DNA of 63,619 nt, the filler included. It is 5 parts of 5 records of this genome, joined end to end, with 100 filler letters (N's around TTAATTAATTAA, not from the genome) between each part and the next. Parts side by side here need not be neighbours in the genome. Positions count along the whole stretch, not along the records: positions 31,369 to 44,418 come from SRR31156797_839; 4 more parts are not named here. One strand, 5' to 3'. A program made the translations under genes and the position numbers. Positions 31,369-43,751 of this stretch are shown here, in pieces. Positions within the stretch are counted from its first letter, which is position 1; the number at the start of each line of letters is the position of its first letter. The notes under the pieces are model-generated. The model was not told the origin of the DNA, made no database searches, and worked only from the letters and a program-made list of their open reading frames with translations.

Positions 31369-32412
31369 AAGTTCAATAAACTAAAAAATAAAAACAATGA
31401 ACTTACAAACTCTAAATATATAGAACTTAATGATTTATCAACACAAGCATTAAATAAACTAAAACAACAAAACAAATATAGTTTTGAATACACAAAAAAA
31501 TCAAATGGCTCAGAAGAGATACTTCAAGTAGCTTCAACAAGAATTCCAACTACTGATTGGATTATTATACATGCAGTTCCTAATACACAAATATTAGGAA
31601 AACTAAGTGAAATAAATACAAAAATGCAATTTTCTATTGCTATATTGTTGGCTATTCTTTATTTTATTGTAGGACTAATATATTACTTTAGATTTTTTCT
31701 TCCTATTTCAACTATCTCAAATCTTTCTGATAAAGTTGGTAAAGGTGAATTGAATCACAAGTTACCAACAAGATATGATGGAGAAATAGGACAACTTTTC
31801 TCAAACTTTTCAAAGATGATAGAAAATATAAAAAGAGCTAAAAAATTACTTGAAAAATATAATGAAAACCTAGAAAAAGAAGTTAAAAAAAGAACAAAAG
31901 AGATTGATGAAAAAAATAGACTTCTTGAAGATTTAGCTATAAAAGACAATCTAACAAAACTCTATAATAGAAATAAATTAGATGAAGTTCTAATAAATGA
32001 ATCAAATAGAGCCAATAGATATAATCACTCTTTTGGTGTAATCTTAGTTGATATTGATAACTTTAAAAGTGTAAATGATATCTATGGTCACCAAATGGGA
32101 GATAAAGTACTACAAGAGTTTGCAAATATTCTTCAATCAAACTCTAGAAAAACAGATACTGTAGGAAGATGGGGTGGTGAAGAGTTCTTAATCATTTGTA
32201 GTGAAACAGAGTTTGATGGTATTTTAACTCAAGCAGAAAAACTAAAAGAAAAAATTGAAAACTTTGATTTTAGTGTAAAGGAGCAAAAAACAGCTAGTTT
32301 TGGAGTTTCATTATATAATAAAAATGAGTCTGTAAAAGATATGATTAAAAGAGCAGATGATGCACTTTATGAAGCAAAGATAGCAGGGAAAAATAGAGTT
32401 AAATATAAGTAA
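31369..32412 (+). CDS. membrane diguanylate cyclase (sensor-TM-HAMP-GGDEF), 5' truncated
   Basis: Frame is open from contig start 31369; TM, HAMP (DGEIGQL), RKTD I-site, WGGEEF. Confidence 0.9.
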   Translation, partial: KFNKLKNKNNELTNSKYIELNDLSTQALNKLKQQNKYSFEYTKKSNGSEEILQVASTRIPTTDWIIIHAVPNTQILGKLSEINTKMQFSIAILLAILYFIVGLIYYFRFFLPISTISNLSDKVGKGELNHKLPTRYDGEIGQLFSNFSKMIENIKRAKKLLEKYNENLEKEVKKRTKEIDEKNRLLEDLAIKDNLTKLYNRNKLDEVLINESNRANRYNHSFGVILVDIDNFKSVNDIYGHQMGDKVLQEFANILQSNSRKTDTVGRWGGEEFLIICSETEFDGILTQAEKLKEKIENFDFSVKEQKTASFGVSLYNKNESVKDMIKRADDALYEAKIAGKNRVKYK

Positions 32413-32432
32413 AAGGCAAAGCCTTTTACTTT

Positions 32433-32433
<1 letters not shown>
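32407..32433. terminator. bidirectional terminator between the cyclase and katG
   Basis: AAGTAAAAGGC aaa GCCTTTTACTT. Confidence 0.8.
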
Positions 32434-34682
<2,249 letters not shown>

Positions 34683-34742
34683 CTATATTTAAGTTTTACT
34701 AAAGTTTTATAAAGAGTTTATTAAGTGATATTTTTATTATTT

Positions 34743-35906
34743 TTAGTTTTGATAGATTTGGATTTGATTTCGACCTTCGTCTTTTGCTTTGTATAAAGCT
34801 GTATCAGCTAGTTTAAATGCTTCTTTGAAGTTTCTTGATTCATGGGGATGAAGATTAACTCCTATAGATACGGTGACATTAATTGTTTCACCCTTTGCAC
34901 TTCTAAACTTTTTTCTTTGGATATTTTTATGAATTCTTTTTATTACACTAAGACTTTTAATATCATCACTTTGTTGCTTTTTAGCTAAGATAATAAACTC
35001 TTCTCCACCATATCTAATTACAATATCTTCTTTAGAACGTGTTGAACCAAGCATTGTTTTTGCAACTTCTTTTAATACTAAATCCCCTGCATCATGCCCA
35101 AAAGTGTCATTTACTTTTTTAAAGTAGTCAATATCAATTGCTACTAAAATATAATCTTCAAGATTTATATCATCTTCATTTTCTTGAAGATAGTTTCTAT
35201 TATATACATTTGTAAGCTTATCAACATAAGCAGTTTTCTTAACCATATAGTATTTAATAGTTTGAATAAGAAGTATCAAAATAAATATTACAACTACTAT
35301 ATTAATAGAGATAATAATATCTTTTACTAAAGTAATTACCTCATTTACATCTTTTGTCTTTTCAATGGAAAAATCAATCACAAGGATAAGTTCAACTTTG
35401 TCACCTTTTAAAATTGGTTCTAAGTAAGTAATTGAAAGTTGATGAAGCAAGGGTTGTTTTAAAAGAATTGGTTTTTTTGTTTTGTAAATATCAAACCACT
35501 TTTCACTCTCTACATCAAACTTTTGATTTAAAAATGCTTTTTGCTCAGCTGGTGCTCCATCAGCTAAAAACCTAAACACATTGTTTTTATCTTTATAAAG
35601 TAAGTATGCATATTTAATATTTTCAGTTAAAAGAACAGATAGTTTATTTTCTAAATTTATTTGAGTCATTTCTGATTTTTTTATTGTTTCAACATAATTT
35701 TCACTTCCGTTAAGATTATCTGTAATTGAGTTTGCAGTATTTTTAATAATACCAATAATATCAGCAGTTACTACTTCTAAAACTTTATTTTCAAATTTTT
35801 GCTCAAATTTTGTTATTCCAGATAATAGAAGAAAAAGAGAAATAGAAACAAAAATTGAAAGAAAAATTAAAAAGAATCTATTAAAAAAAATGCTCTTTGT
35901 ATTCAC
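34743..35906 (-). CDS. membrane diguanylate cyclase (TM-periplasmic-TM-GGDEF)
   Basis: Two TMs, DIDYFKKVNDTFGHDAGD, YGGEEF; GTG start overlapping upstream stop. Confidence 0.92.
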   Translation of the reverse strand: MNTKSIFFNRFFLIFLSIFVSISLFLLLSGITKFEQKFENKVLEVVTADIIGIIKNTANSITDNLNGSENYVETIKKSEMTQINLENKLSVLLTENIKYAYLLYKDKNNVFRFLADGAPAEQKAFLNQKFDVESEKWFDIYKTKKPILLKQPLLHQLSITYLEPILKGDKVELILVIDFSIEKTKDVNEVITLVKDIIISINIVVVIFILILLIQTIKYYMVKKTAYVDKLTNVYNRNYLQENEDDINLEDYILVAIDIDYFKKVNDTFGHDAGDLVLKEVAKTMLGSTRSKEDIVIRYGGEEFIILAKKQQSDDIKSLSVIKRIHKNIQRKKFRSAKGETINVTVSIGVNLHPHESRNFKEAFKLADTALYKAKDEGRNQIQIYQN

Positions 35907-36364
35907 TGTAAGTCCTCAATATATCTATCATACTCTTTAGGTAAAGCTATTGATTTTTTTGTAAGTCTATTTTTTACTAAAACAATATTTGGTCTACTTT
36001 TACTCCAGAAAAATGCTCCTATAAAACTATTGTTTGATAATAGTTGTTTATAGTTATTAGTTAAAACAAAAAGCTTTTTATTTTTTTGGCATTGAAATGA
36101 TTTACTATATTTTACAAAAACAAAATTAGCTTTTTCACAAGTTCTTACTATTTTTACTTTAGATGAATATACTTTATTATCAAGCTCTTTCATATTTGGA
36201 ATATATAGATTAATAGGAGCAGAACCTAAAATATCTCTTGCTATTTTTAAAACAATTTTTGCTTCTAGTTCTGTCTCTTTTTGATACTCATCTAAAAGGT
36301 ATGTATAGTTATTTGCATTTAAGAAACTAACAAAAAGAATGGCTGTGAATATTTTTTTAATCAA
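35903..36364 (-). CDS. small periplasmic protein, YfiR/DUF4154-like
   Basis: TTG start at 36364 gives signal peptide MIKKIFTAILFVSFLNA; two Cys; lies between TonB receptor and cyclase; family call is inference. Confidence 0.65.
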   Translation of the reverse strand: MIKKIFTAILFVSFLNANNYTYLLDEYQKETELEAKIVLKIARDILGSAPINLYIPNMKELDNKVYSSKVKIVRTCEKANFVFVKYSKSFQCQKNKKLFVLTNNYKQLLSNNSFIGAFFWSKSRPNIVLVKNRLTKKSIALPKEYDRYIEDLQ

Positions 36365-38274
36365 AACAGCCACCTTATAGAAAACAATACTTTTCTCTCA
36401 TAGTCGTCTAATGCTATATGCTCTGAAGTTAAACCTTTCATAGGAGAAAAAGAAGTAGCTGTAAATAATGAAGCAGTTGGTTTATTTAGAAGATTTTCTC
36501 CCTTTAAAGTAAAACTTAGATTTTTTGTATAATAGTAAGTAAACCCAAGGTTTAAGTTATAACTATCATCAACTTCTACATCTAAATATTCATATGAATT
36601 TCTATATATCAATGAGGCAAAATAATCAATATTTTGATATTTACCCATATATTTGAAATACCCACCTCTATTTGAGTTATTAAATTTTCTATTTAAGTTA
36701 CTTGTGTAAAAATTTAATTTTACTTTATTGTTTTTATCAAATTTATATTCATAATCAAAAATTGCTCCAGAAGTCTTTATCTTATCTTTTTCATTCCAAA
36801 ATCCAACTGGTGTTAGATATGCAAAGTCATCTATATTTACTTTATAATAATCAATATTCAATTTTGAGTTTCCTAAACTTAAAACCCCTTCTAAATTATA
36901 ATACTTATATTTTTGAGTGTTTATTGTAGAAAAGTCTTTACTTTTATAATCTATATTATAAAAAGTTGGAGGAATATAACTCTTTGTATAAAAAGCCTTA
37001 AAACCTAAATAATCAGTTGGAAGATAAATAGCACCTATTCTATATAGACTTTGTGTTTCATCATCTAAGTCTTGTCCTGCTCTGTGGTATTTATCAATTT
37101 TATAATTTCCTATTAAATGAAGATTATCAAAAAGTTCATAATCCTCTTGAATCATAAAAGAGTATATTTTCTCCTCATCATAGTCATTGTATTGTGCTAT
37201 ATTTTCTAAGTTTGACTCTCTATTTTTAACTTTATATTTTTTATTTTTTAAACTTATAGCAGTAAATATTTCATGTTTACCAACTTTAAACTCTTTAGAT
37301 AAAGAAGTATTTATTTTTTCTAGTTTTAAATCCTCTTTAAAATAATTTGTTGAAAGAAAAGGATTTGTTAAATCAACATTTGGAACAATAAATAAGCCCT
37401 GCTCATTTTCTTCTTCATACTCAAAGTTATTTATATCATAAGAAAGTGTTGCTTTTAAAGAGTTATCTCTTAAAAAAGAACTACTAGCATGAATAAAAAA
37501 GTTGTCTGATTTTAGTTTTCCATCATTTGGGATAAAATTAGAAGAGTATCCAGTGAAGATATCTTTTTTTATCTTTGAATACCCAATATCAATATTTGTT
37601 CTTTGAGAGTTTAAATTTAAGAAAAAGTATTGAGAATCTAAATTATTCTCTACTTGTTGGAAATTAATTTCTTTATATGAATTATTATTGTTATTTGTAA
37701 AATGTAATAGATATCCCCACCCATTTTCTAAAATTGAAGAGTGAGTAAAACTTTGAGAGTTTGAGTTTTTATTTGAATGAATTGTTTTAATCTCATTTCC
37801 ATTCTCTTTTTTTGCACTTTTTGTATAAACTCTAATAAACTGTATTCCTGTCTCATTACCTAAAGTAAAAGAACCTTCACCATAATAAACCTCAATATGA
37901 TCAATCATAGATACAGGCATTTGAAGCCAAGTAAAAGAAGGAGATTGATTATATATTGAACTAACCTCATGGTCATTAATATATAATCTAAAAAAACCTG
38001 TTACATCTGTTTTACTTCCAGAAAGAGAGATAGTATTTAGACCAAATTTATTTATATTTGCATTACTAATTGGCATCTCTTTTAAAACATCAGCTAAGTT
38101 ATTATATTGCATAAGTTCAAGTTCTTCTTTCGTATAAACAAGAACATATCCCATTTTTTCGTTTAGTGTTTCAAGTGAGTTTTTTGATGAACTTTCATAC
38201 TCTTTTAACAGATTATCTAGCTCTTGAGAAAAAACTGTAGCAGTAAAAAAAATAATAAATAAGAAAACTTTCAT
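36361..38274 (-). CDS. TonB-dependent receptor family outer-membrane protein
   Basis: Signal peptide, plug motif IDHIEVYYGEGSFTLG, beta-strand pattern, GENLLN, C-terminal Phe. Confidence 0.9.
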   Translation of the reverse strand: MKVFLFIIFFTATVFSQELDNLLKEYESSSKNSLETLNEKMGYVLVYTKEELELMQYNNLADVLKEMPISNANINKFGLNTISLSGSKTDVTGFFRLYINDHEVSSIYNQSPSFTWLQMPVSMIDHIEVYYGEGSFTLGNETGIQFIRVYTKSAKKENGNEIKTIHSNKNSNSQSFTHSSILENGWGYLLHFTNNNNNSYKEINFQQVENNLDSQYFFLNLNSQRTNIDIGYSKIKKDIFTGYSSNFIPNDGKLKSDNFFIHASSSFLRDNSLKATLSYDINNFEYEEENEQGLFIVPNVDLTNPFLSTNYFKEDLKLEKINTSLSKEFKVGKHEIFTAISLKNKKYKVKNRESNLENIAQYNDYDEEKIYSFMIQEDYELFDNLHLIGNYKIDKYHRAGQDLDDETQSLYRIGAIYLPTDYLGFKAFYTKSYIPPTFYNIDYKSKDFSTINTQKYKYYNLEGVLSLGNSKLNIDYYKVNIDDFAYLTPVGFWNEKDKIKTSGAIFDYEYKFDKNNKVKLNFYTSNLNRKFNNSNRGGYFKYMGKYQNIDYFASLIYRNSYEYLDVEVDDSYNLNLGFTYYYTKNLSFTLKGENLLNKPTASLFTATSFSPMKGLTSEHIALDDYERKVLFSIRWLF

Positions 38275-38450
38275 AAAACCTCATATAATGATATTTGGAA
38301 TAAAATTATTTTACCCTAAAAAACCTTTTTTATTATTAATTTAGCCAGTAAAATCATAAAATAATTAATAAAAATGAAAGTTACACTTAATTTTATTTTC
38401 ATTATTTATAAGTTAATATTATTCATATTAAATTTAAAAAGAGAATATAA

Positions 38451-39461
38451 ATGGACACAATTTCTAAATTAGAAAAAGGGAAACTTGACCTATTTGAGCA
38501 CTTTTGGAGCAATTCAAAAGACAATATGTTTCTAGCAACTTTAGATAAAGATGGAGATTTTATTGCTGAAGAAATGAATCCATCACAAATGCAAAACCTT
38601 GGACAAACTGAACAAATTATCAACAAAAAACTAAAAGAGTTTTTAGGTGAAGAAAATGCTTGTTTTTTAGAAGAAAAGTATTTAAAGTGTCTTGAAGAAA
38701 ACAAACCTATCATGGAAGAAGAGACAGTAAGTATTGATGGGGAAGATAGATATTACAACACTATGATTATTCCAATAAATGATAAAGATAGTGGAGAAAA
38801 AAGAGTAATAGGTATCTCAAGGGAGATTACAGAATTAAAACTTGCAAAACAACGACTTGAAAAATTAAATCAAGACCTTGACTCTCTTTTAGTTCAAAAA
38901 AGTGAAGAACTAGAAGGTGCAAATACTAAACTAAAAACGTTAGCTTTTGATGATACTTTAACAGGTGTAGGAAATAGAAGATACCTAAATGATCATGCAA
39001 ATAAAGCTATCTCTTTAGCTCATAGATATGACAGTTGCCTTACATGTATGGTATTAGATATTGATGGACTATCAAGTATTAATGAGTCTTGTTCTCATAC
39101 ATTTGGAGATACTATTATAAAAAGTTTTGCTAACTTATTAAAAACTAGTATTAGGGATTCGGATATCTTAGCAAGATATAGTGGAGAAGAGTTTATTTTA
39201 CTTCTGCCTATGACTTCACTAGAAGACTCTCAAATTCTTGCAAAAAGACTTCTTGAAGAGACAAGAGACATGAGCTTTGAGTATGAAGGTAAAGAAGTTA
39301 CTATAACTACAAGTGTTGGGCTTTCAACTATTGATAATCCACAAGATAACTTAGACACTTTACTTAGTAAAACTTACGATGCTTTAGCAAAAGCAAAAGA
39401 AGAAGGTAAAAATGTCTTAGTCTCTTATCTTGATAAAAACTCTTATAATATTGAAACTTGA
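38451..39461 (+). CDS. PAS plus degenerate GGDEF protein
   Basis: PAS (VIGISREITE), coiled coil, SGEEF, RDSD I-site, eroded DIDGLSSINESCSH. Confidence 0.85.
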   Translation: MDTISKLEKGKLDLFEHFWSNSKDNMFLATLDKDGDFIAEEMNPSQMQNLGQTEQIINKKLKEFLGEENACFLEEKYLKCLEENKPIMEEETVSIDGEDRYYNTMIIPINDKDSGEKRVIGISREITELKLAKQRLEKLNQDLDSLLVQKSEELEGANTKLKTLAFDDTLTGVGNRRYLNDHANKAISLAHRYDSCLTCMVLDIDGLSSINESCSHTFGDTIIKSFANLLKTSIRDSDILARYSGEEFILLLPMTSLEDSQILAKRLLEETRDMSFEYEGKEVTITTSVGLSTIDNPQDNLDTLLSKTYDALAKAKEEGKNVLVSYLDKNSYNIET

Positions 39462-40873
39462 TTCTTTCCGTGATTTTTAGATAGATACATAGCTTTATCA
39501 GCTCTTGATATAGCTTCATCTATCGTATCATCTTCTTCTAGTTTTGTTACACCAAAACTTGCTGTTACATGAGTCTTAGCTATTTTATTTAACTTTGTAT
39601 CACTCTCAATAAGAACTCTTAATTTTTCTGCTAAAAATTTAGTATCAGAAACACTTGAATCAATAAGAGAAATAAGAAACTCTTCTCCTCCCCATCTTGC
39701 TAATAAATCAGTTTTTCTAATCTCTGATTTTAATATCTTTGAGAATTGAACTAAGATTCTATCACCAACATGATGACCTAATTTGTCGTTTATCTCTTTA
39801 AAGTTATCTATATCTATAAAAATCAAACAAATATCATTTCTTTTTCTTTTCATCAGATTAAAATGAGTATTAAGCTTAAACTCAAAATCTCTTCTGTTTG
39901 AGATTTTCGTTAAAGCATCATTATGTGATAAAAACTCTAACTTTTTACTATAGTTTTTAATTATTAGATAAACTAAAAATGCTATTACAGATGTAATTAA
40001 TAAAGAAGCAAATATATTAAAGTATAAGACATTTGTAACCTTATAGGTAAAATCTTTTAGATTTGCCTCAACGGTTAAATATAAATCTAGTTCGGGAATA
40101 TATCTAGAGTTAAGCAGATAAGTATCGCCATCTTTTTCATACTCAATAATAGAAGACTCTTTACTTAAAAGTTTCTCTTTAAAGCTCTCCATATTATCTT
40201 TTTCATATGATATATAGTCATAGTTTATATTTCTTTCTGATAGAACAATTTCACCATTTTTGTTATAAAAACTTACTATAAAATGATTATGGGTTCTAAA
40301 TGTTTTTAGTATGTCATTTATATAAGATGTTTTAAGAGCAACACCAGTTACTCCTAGAAGCTTTGAGTTTTCATCAAAGATTTTATAGTTTATAAACATA
40401 ATTAAATTATTTGACATAAACTTATTCAAATCTAAATTTATCTCATGTTTTTTGTCACTTTTTATAAAATCAAAATACCACTCATTTAAAGGGTTTTCCT
40501 CTTTTAAAACTTCTAAAAGACCTTCTTGTGAATAGTAGTTTTTTGTTTTTGCAGAAACAAGAAAAGTATTAAATAAAGCATACTCTTTTCTTGTTGTCAG
40601 TAAATATTTTTTTATCTTAGATATATCTTGTTCTTCTTTTAACCAATCCTTTAAAAAACTATTATTTGCCATAGTAGAAGAGAGTAAATGTGGTTTTATT
40701 ATATATTTTTGAATATCAGAATAAATATTATCTAAAGAAAGAGGTAAAACTTGACTTTTTAATTGTTTTTGAACAGAAGAAAAAGAGATTGCATAGTTTA
40801 AAAAAGAGATGGAAATTGATAAAACAATTAATAAACTTGTGATTAAAAATACTACTTTATATTTTGATTTCAT
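39443..40873 (-). CDS. Cache-sensor diguanylate cyclase
   Basis: Two TMs around a Cache-like domain; RKTD I-site; WGGEEF. Confidence 0.92.
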   Translation of the reverse strand: MKSKYKVVFLITSLLIVLSISISFLNYAISFSSVQKQLKSQVLPLSLDNIYSDIQKYIIKPHLLSSTMANNSFLKDWLKEEQDISKIKKYLLTTRKEYALFNTFLVSAKTKNYYSQEGLLEVLKEENPLNEWYFDFIKSDKKHEINLDLNKFMSNNLIMFINYKIFDENSKLLGVTGVALKTSYINDILKTFRTHNHFIVSFYNKNGEIVLSERNINYDYISYEKDNMESFKEKLLSKESSIIEYEKDGDTYLLNSRYIPELDLYLTVEANLKDFTYKVTNVLYFNIFASLLITSVIAFLVYLIIKNYSKKLEFLSHNDALTKISNRRDFEFKLNTHFNLMKRKRNDICLIFIDIDNFKEINDKLGHHVGDRILVQFSKILKSEIRKTDLLARWGGEEFLISLIDSSVSDTKFLAEKLRVLIESDTKLNKIAKTHVTASFGVTKLEEDDTIDEAISRADKAMYLSKNHGKNQVSIL

Positions 40874-40955
40874 TTCTCTCTCATTTTAGTAAGTTATAAA
40901 ATTATTATATCTTTATTATGTTTAATAAATAATCAATTTTTAATCTTTTTGTCAC

Positions 40956-40976
40956 TATAATTGATACCAATTATTA
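40956..40976 (+). promoter_or_regulatory. candidate Fur-like box next to a TATAAT -10
   Basis: TATAAT 40956-40961; TGATACCaATTATTA 40962-40976 matches 11 of 14 positions of TGATAAT-n-ATTATCA; AT-rich background lowers specificity. Confidence 0.4.
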
Positions 40977-41004
40977 AAATTATAATTTATATTTAGGCTA
41001 ATAT

Positions 41005-41838
41005 TTGCAAGAAGAAATTATCAAAATAGAAAATCTATCTCATAAATATGGGAATAAAACAATTTACACTAATCTAAACCTTTCAATAAAAGAAGGTTCT
41101 GTTTATGGCATTTTAGGGAAAAATGGAGTAGGAAAGTCTACCTTAATTAATATCTTAATGGGTTATATAAAACCAAAAGAAGGAACATGCTCTATCCTTA
41201 ATGAGTTTTCCCATAGTTTGTCCTCTGAAACAAAAAAGAAAATTGCTCTACTTCATGAAGGTTTTATAGCTTATGACTTTATGACTATTAAACAAAATGA
41301 AGAGTTTTATTCCTCTTTTTATGAAAACTGGGATAAAAATATATTTTATGAGCTAATTGATTTAATGAATCTATCTTATGAACAAAAAGTTTCAACTCTC
41401 TCTTTTGGTCAAAAATCTCAAGTAGTACTAGGAACGCTCTTTGCACAAAATGCAAAACTTCTAATACTTGATGACTACTCTATGGGATTAGATGCAGGAT
41501 ATAGAAGACTTTTTATTGATTACTTAAAAGAGTATATAAAAGAAAAAAAAGTAACTGTCTTAATAACTTCTCATGTAATGGAAGATTTAGTAGATTTAAT
41601 TGATGATATTGCAATAGTACAAAAAGGTGGAGATGTTTATCAAGATAAAATGTCAACCTTTATAGACCAGTTTAGATGTTATGAGATTGAAGATGAGAAG
41701 ATAGATGAATCACAAATTCATAGAATAGAAGAGTTCAAAGGCAAAAAGAAGATATATAGTTTTGAAAAATTTGAAAACCTAAAAGAGATTCAAACCAGCT
41801 TTGAGGATAAATTCTTAGGTTTTGTAGGAAAGTATTAA
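41005..41838 (+). CDS. ABC transporter ATP-binding protein with non-canonical motifs
   Basis: GKNGVGKST, LSFGQ signature, LLILDD Walker B, ITSH; TTG start. Confidence 0.9.
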   Translation: MQEEIIKIENLSHKYGNKTIYTNLNLSIKEGSVYGILGKNGVGKSTLINILMGYIKPKEGTCSILNEFSHSLSSETKKKIALLHEGFIAYDFMTIKQNEEFYSSFYENWDKNIFYELIDLMNLSYEQKVSTLSFGQKSQVVLGTLFAQNAKLLILDDYSMGLDAGYRRLFIDYLKEYIKEKKVTVLITSHVMEDLVDLIDDIAIVQKGGDVYQDKMSTFIDQFRCYEIEDEKIDESQIHRIEEFKGKKKIYSFEKFENLKEIQTSFEDKFLGFVGKY

Positions 41839-41839
41839 A

Positions 41840-43450
41840 ATGATTTATTCAATTGTAAAAAAAGAGTGGCTAAAAATTAAATACCTAGTGCTTTCTATGT
41901 TTGCCCTTAGTATTTTTGTGTTGGCATACTTTTTGTTTAAAATAGACTTTCTTTTTTCAACTATAGAACCAAAGTCTATGATGTGGTATAGGTTTATTAC
42001 TTTAGAACAAAAGCCTTATCAGTACTTTTCATACCTATTTTATGTAACTGCTATTTTAATATCTTGTTTTCAATTTATACCTGAGAAGATGGGGAAGAAA
42101 ATTAAAATTATGATTCACCTTCCTATTGATATGCATAAATCTTTATTTATGCATCTATTCGTAGGCTTTTTCTATCTCTTAGCAGTTTGCACACTTTTTA
42201 CTATTTCAAGTTATTTTATTTTATTAAATTATTATCCATATGAACTGATTTTTATAGCATTAAAAGATTTAGGTTTTTATTTACTCTCTTCTATAATTTT
42301 ATACCTTGGAATAAGTGCAACAATTATTGAAAGACAAACTTCTTTTAGTATGTTAAAACTATTTATTACGCTATTTGTAACTGTAATCTTTCACAAGAAT
42401 ATATATAACTCATTTGATTTATTTTGGCTTGTTTTACTGATTTCTATGTTCTTTATTACATTAGATAGTTTTTATAGTATAAAAGAGCAAAGAGTAAAAA
42501 GTAAGCTATTTAAACTCTTACTTCTTGTATCTTTTTTACTTGTTTCATATTTTGCATACAATACTTATATAAATAAATATAAACAAAGTTCAAATAAATA
42601 CTATATCTTTTATTCTCCCATTAAAAAAGAGTTTGTTTATCAAAAAAACTTTGGAGGCCATCACTTTAAGTATGGAATAAAAAACAAAGGAAGCTTTGAT
42701 AGAGAAACATATGAGTCTTATTTACCTTTTGTTTATTGGAGAAATCTTGATATTCAAAAAAAGCTTCCTATTATAATTGATAATGAAAGTTTTGATAAAA
42801 AAACTATCAAAGAATCAAGATTAAGTTTTTCATATAAACCAAAAGAGCTAAAAAAACAAGAACTAGACTTCTTTCCATTTATAAATCCAATAAGCAATAT
42901 AGGAATGATTAGATTTCCTGAAGAGTTTATTTTGTTTAAAGACAAAGAGATAAGAGTATATAACTTTGAAGAAAAATTAGATTTAGCTCTTACTGATAAA
43001 ATCAAAAACCTAGTAGATAAACATAATGTTTCATTTCCTATAAAAAATATTTGGGGAAAAGCAACAAATCTAAAACCATTTGATTTAGGCTACTTTTTTC
43101 TTGATGCAAAAGATAAACTTTTTAAAATAAATAGAGCTGACAATAAAATATATCTAAAAGAAGTTGTTTATCCTGAAAATATTGAAATAAAACATATAAA
43201 AATAAGTGAAAATAGACAACAAAAGCTTGCAGGATTTGCAATTTCAAAAAATAACAAATTTTATTTAATAGATTACAAAAGTTTAGATTTTAGGGCATTG
43301 CAGCTAGATAACTTTGATTATAAAACAATGAGATTGCAACTTATTTCAAATCCTAAATATTACCTAATAAGATATACAGATGAGAAAAGTTATCATGTCG
43401 CAATTTTTGACAAAAACTTCGAAAAAATTGATCAAGAAATTTTTAAATAA
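41840..43450 (+). CDS. ABC permease fused to DUF4857-like extracytoplasmic domain
   Basis: KKEWLK start, QFIPE..HLP, TM bundle, then YIFYSP..LPFVYWRNL..PFDLGYF; family recognised from memory. Confidence 0.72.
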   Translation: MIYSIVKKEWLKIKYLVLSMFALSIFVLAYFLFKIDFLFSTIEPKSMMWYRFITLEQKPYQYFSYLFYVTAILISCFQFIPEKMGKKIKIMIHLPIDMHKSLFMHLFVGFFYLLAVCTLFTISSYFILLNYYPYELIFIALKDLGFYLLSSIILYLGISATIIERQTSFSMLKLFITLFVTVIFHKNIYNSFDLFWLVLLISMFFITLDSFYSIKEQRVKSKLFKLLLLVSFLLVSYFAYNTYINKYKQSSNKYYIFYSPIKKEFVYQKNFGGHHFKYGIKNKGSFDRETYESYLPFVYWRNLDIQKKLPIIIDNESFDKKTIKESRLSFSYKPKELKKQELDFFPFINPISNIGMIRFPEEFILFKDKEIRVYNFEEKLDLALTDKIKNLVDKHNVSFPIKNIWGKATNLKPFDLGYFFLDAKDKLFKINRADNKIYLKEVVYPENIEIKHIKISENRQQKLAGFAISKNNKFYLIDYKSLDFRALQLDNFDYKTMRLQLISNPKYYLIRYTDEKSYHVAIFDKNFEKIDQEIFK

Positions 43451-43471
43451 ACCAAAAAAGAAAGGATATAC

Positions 43472-43726
43472 TTGAAGAGTAAAGTTGAACCAGAAAGATA
43501 TTTTGTAGTAAGTGATTTTGAAGATGGTTGGGGTATGGAAGATATCCAATGTGAAGAACAACTATTTAGTTACTGCACAGAAGCACTATTTATTCCAGAA
43601 GAATTTATTGAAGAGTTAAATGTAAATGACGCATATAATTTAGAGATAGTTCTATCAAGTATTGATTTGGAAACAGTTGATGAAGATTGGTACGTAAATT
43701 TAATGAAAATTTCTAAAGATAGTTAA
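43472..43726 (+). CDS. small acidic hypothetical protein
   Basis: AAGGA RBS, TTG start, ends at a terminator. Confidence 0.7.
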   Translation: MKSKVEPERYFVVSDFEDGWGMEDIQCEEQLFSYCTEALFIPEEFIEELNVNDAYNLEIVLSSIDLETVDEDWYVNLMKISKDS

Positions 43727-43751
43727 AAGTAGAAGAAAACTTCTACTTTTA
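43724..43751. terminator. bidirectional terminator
   Basis: TAAAAGTAGAAG aaaa CTTCTACTTTTA between convergent genes. Confidence 0.8.
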
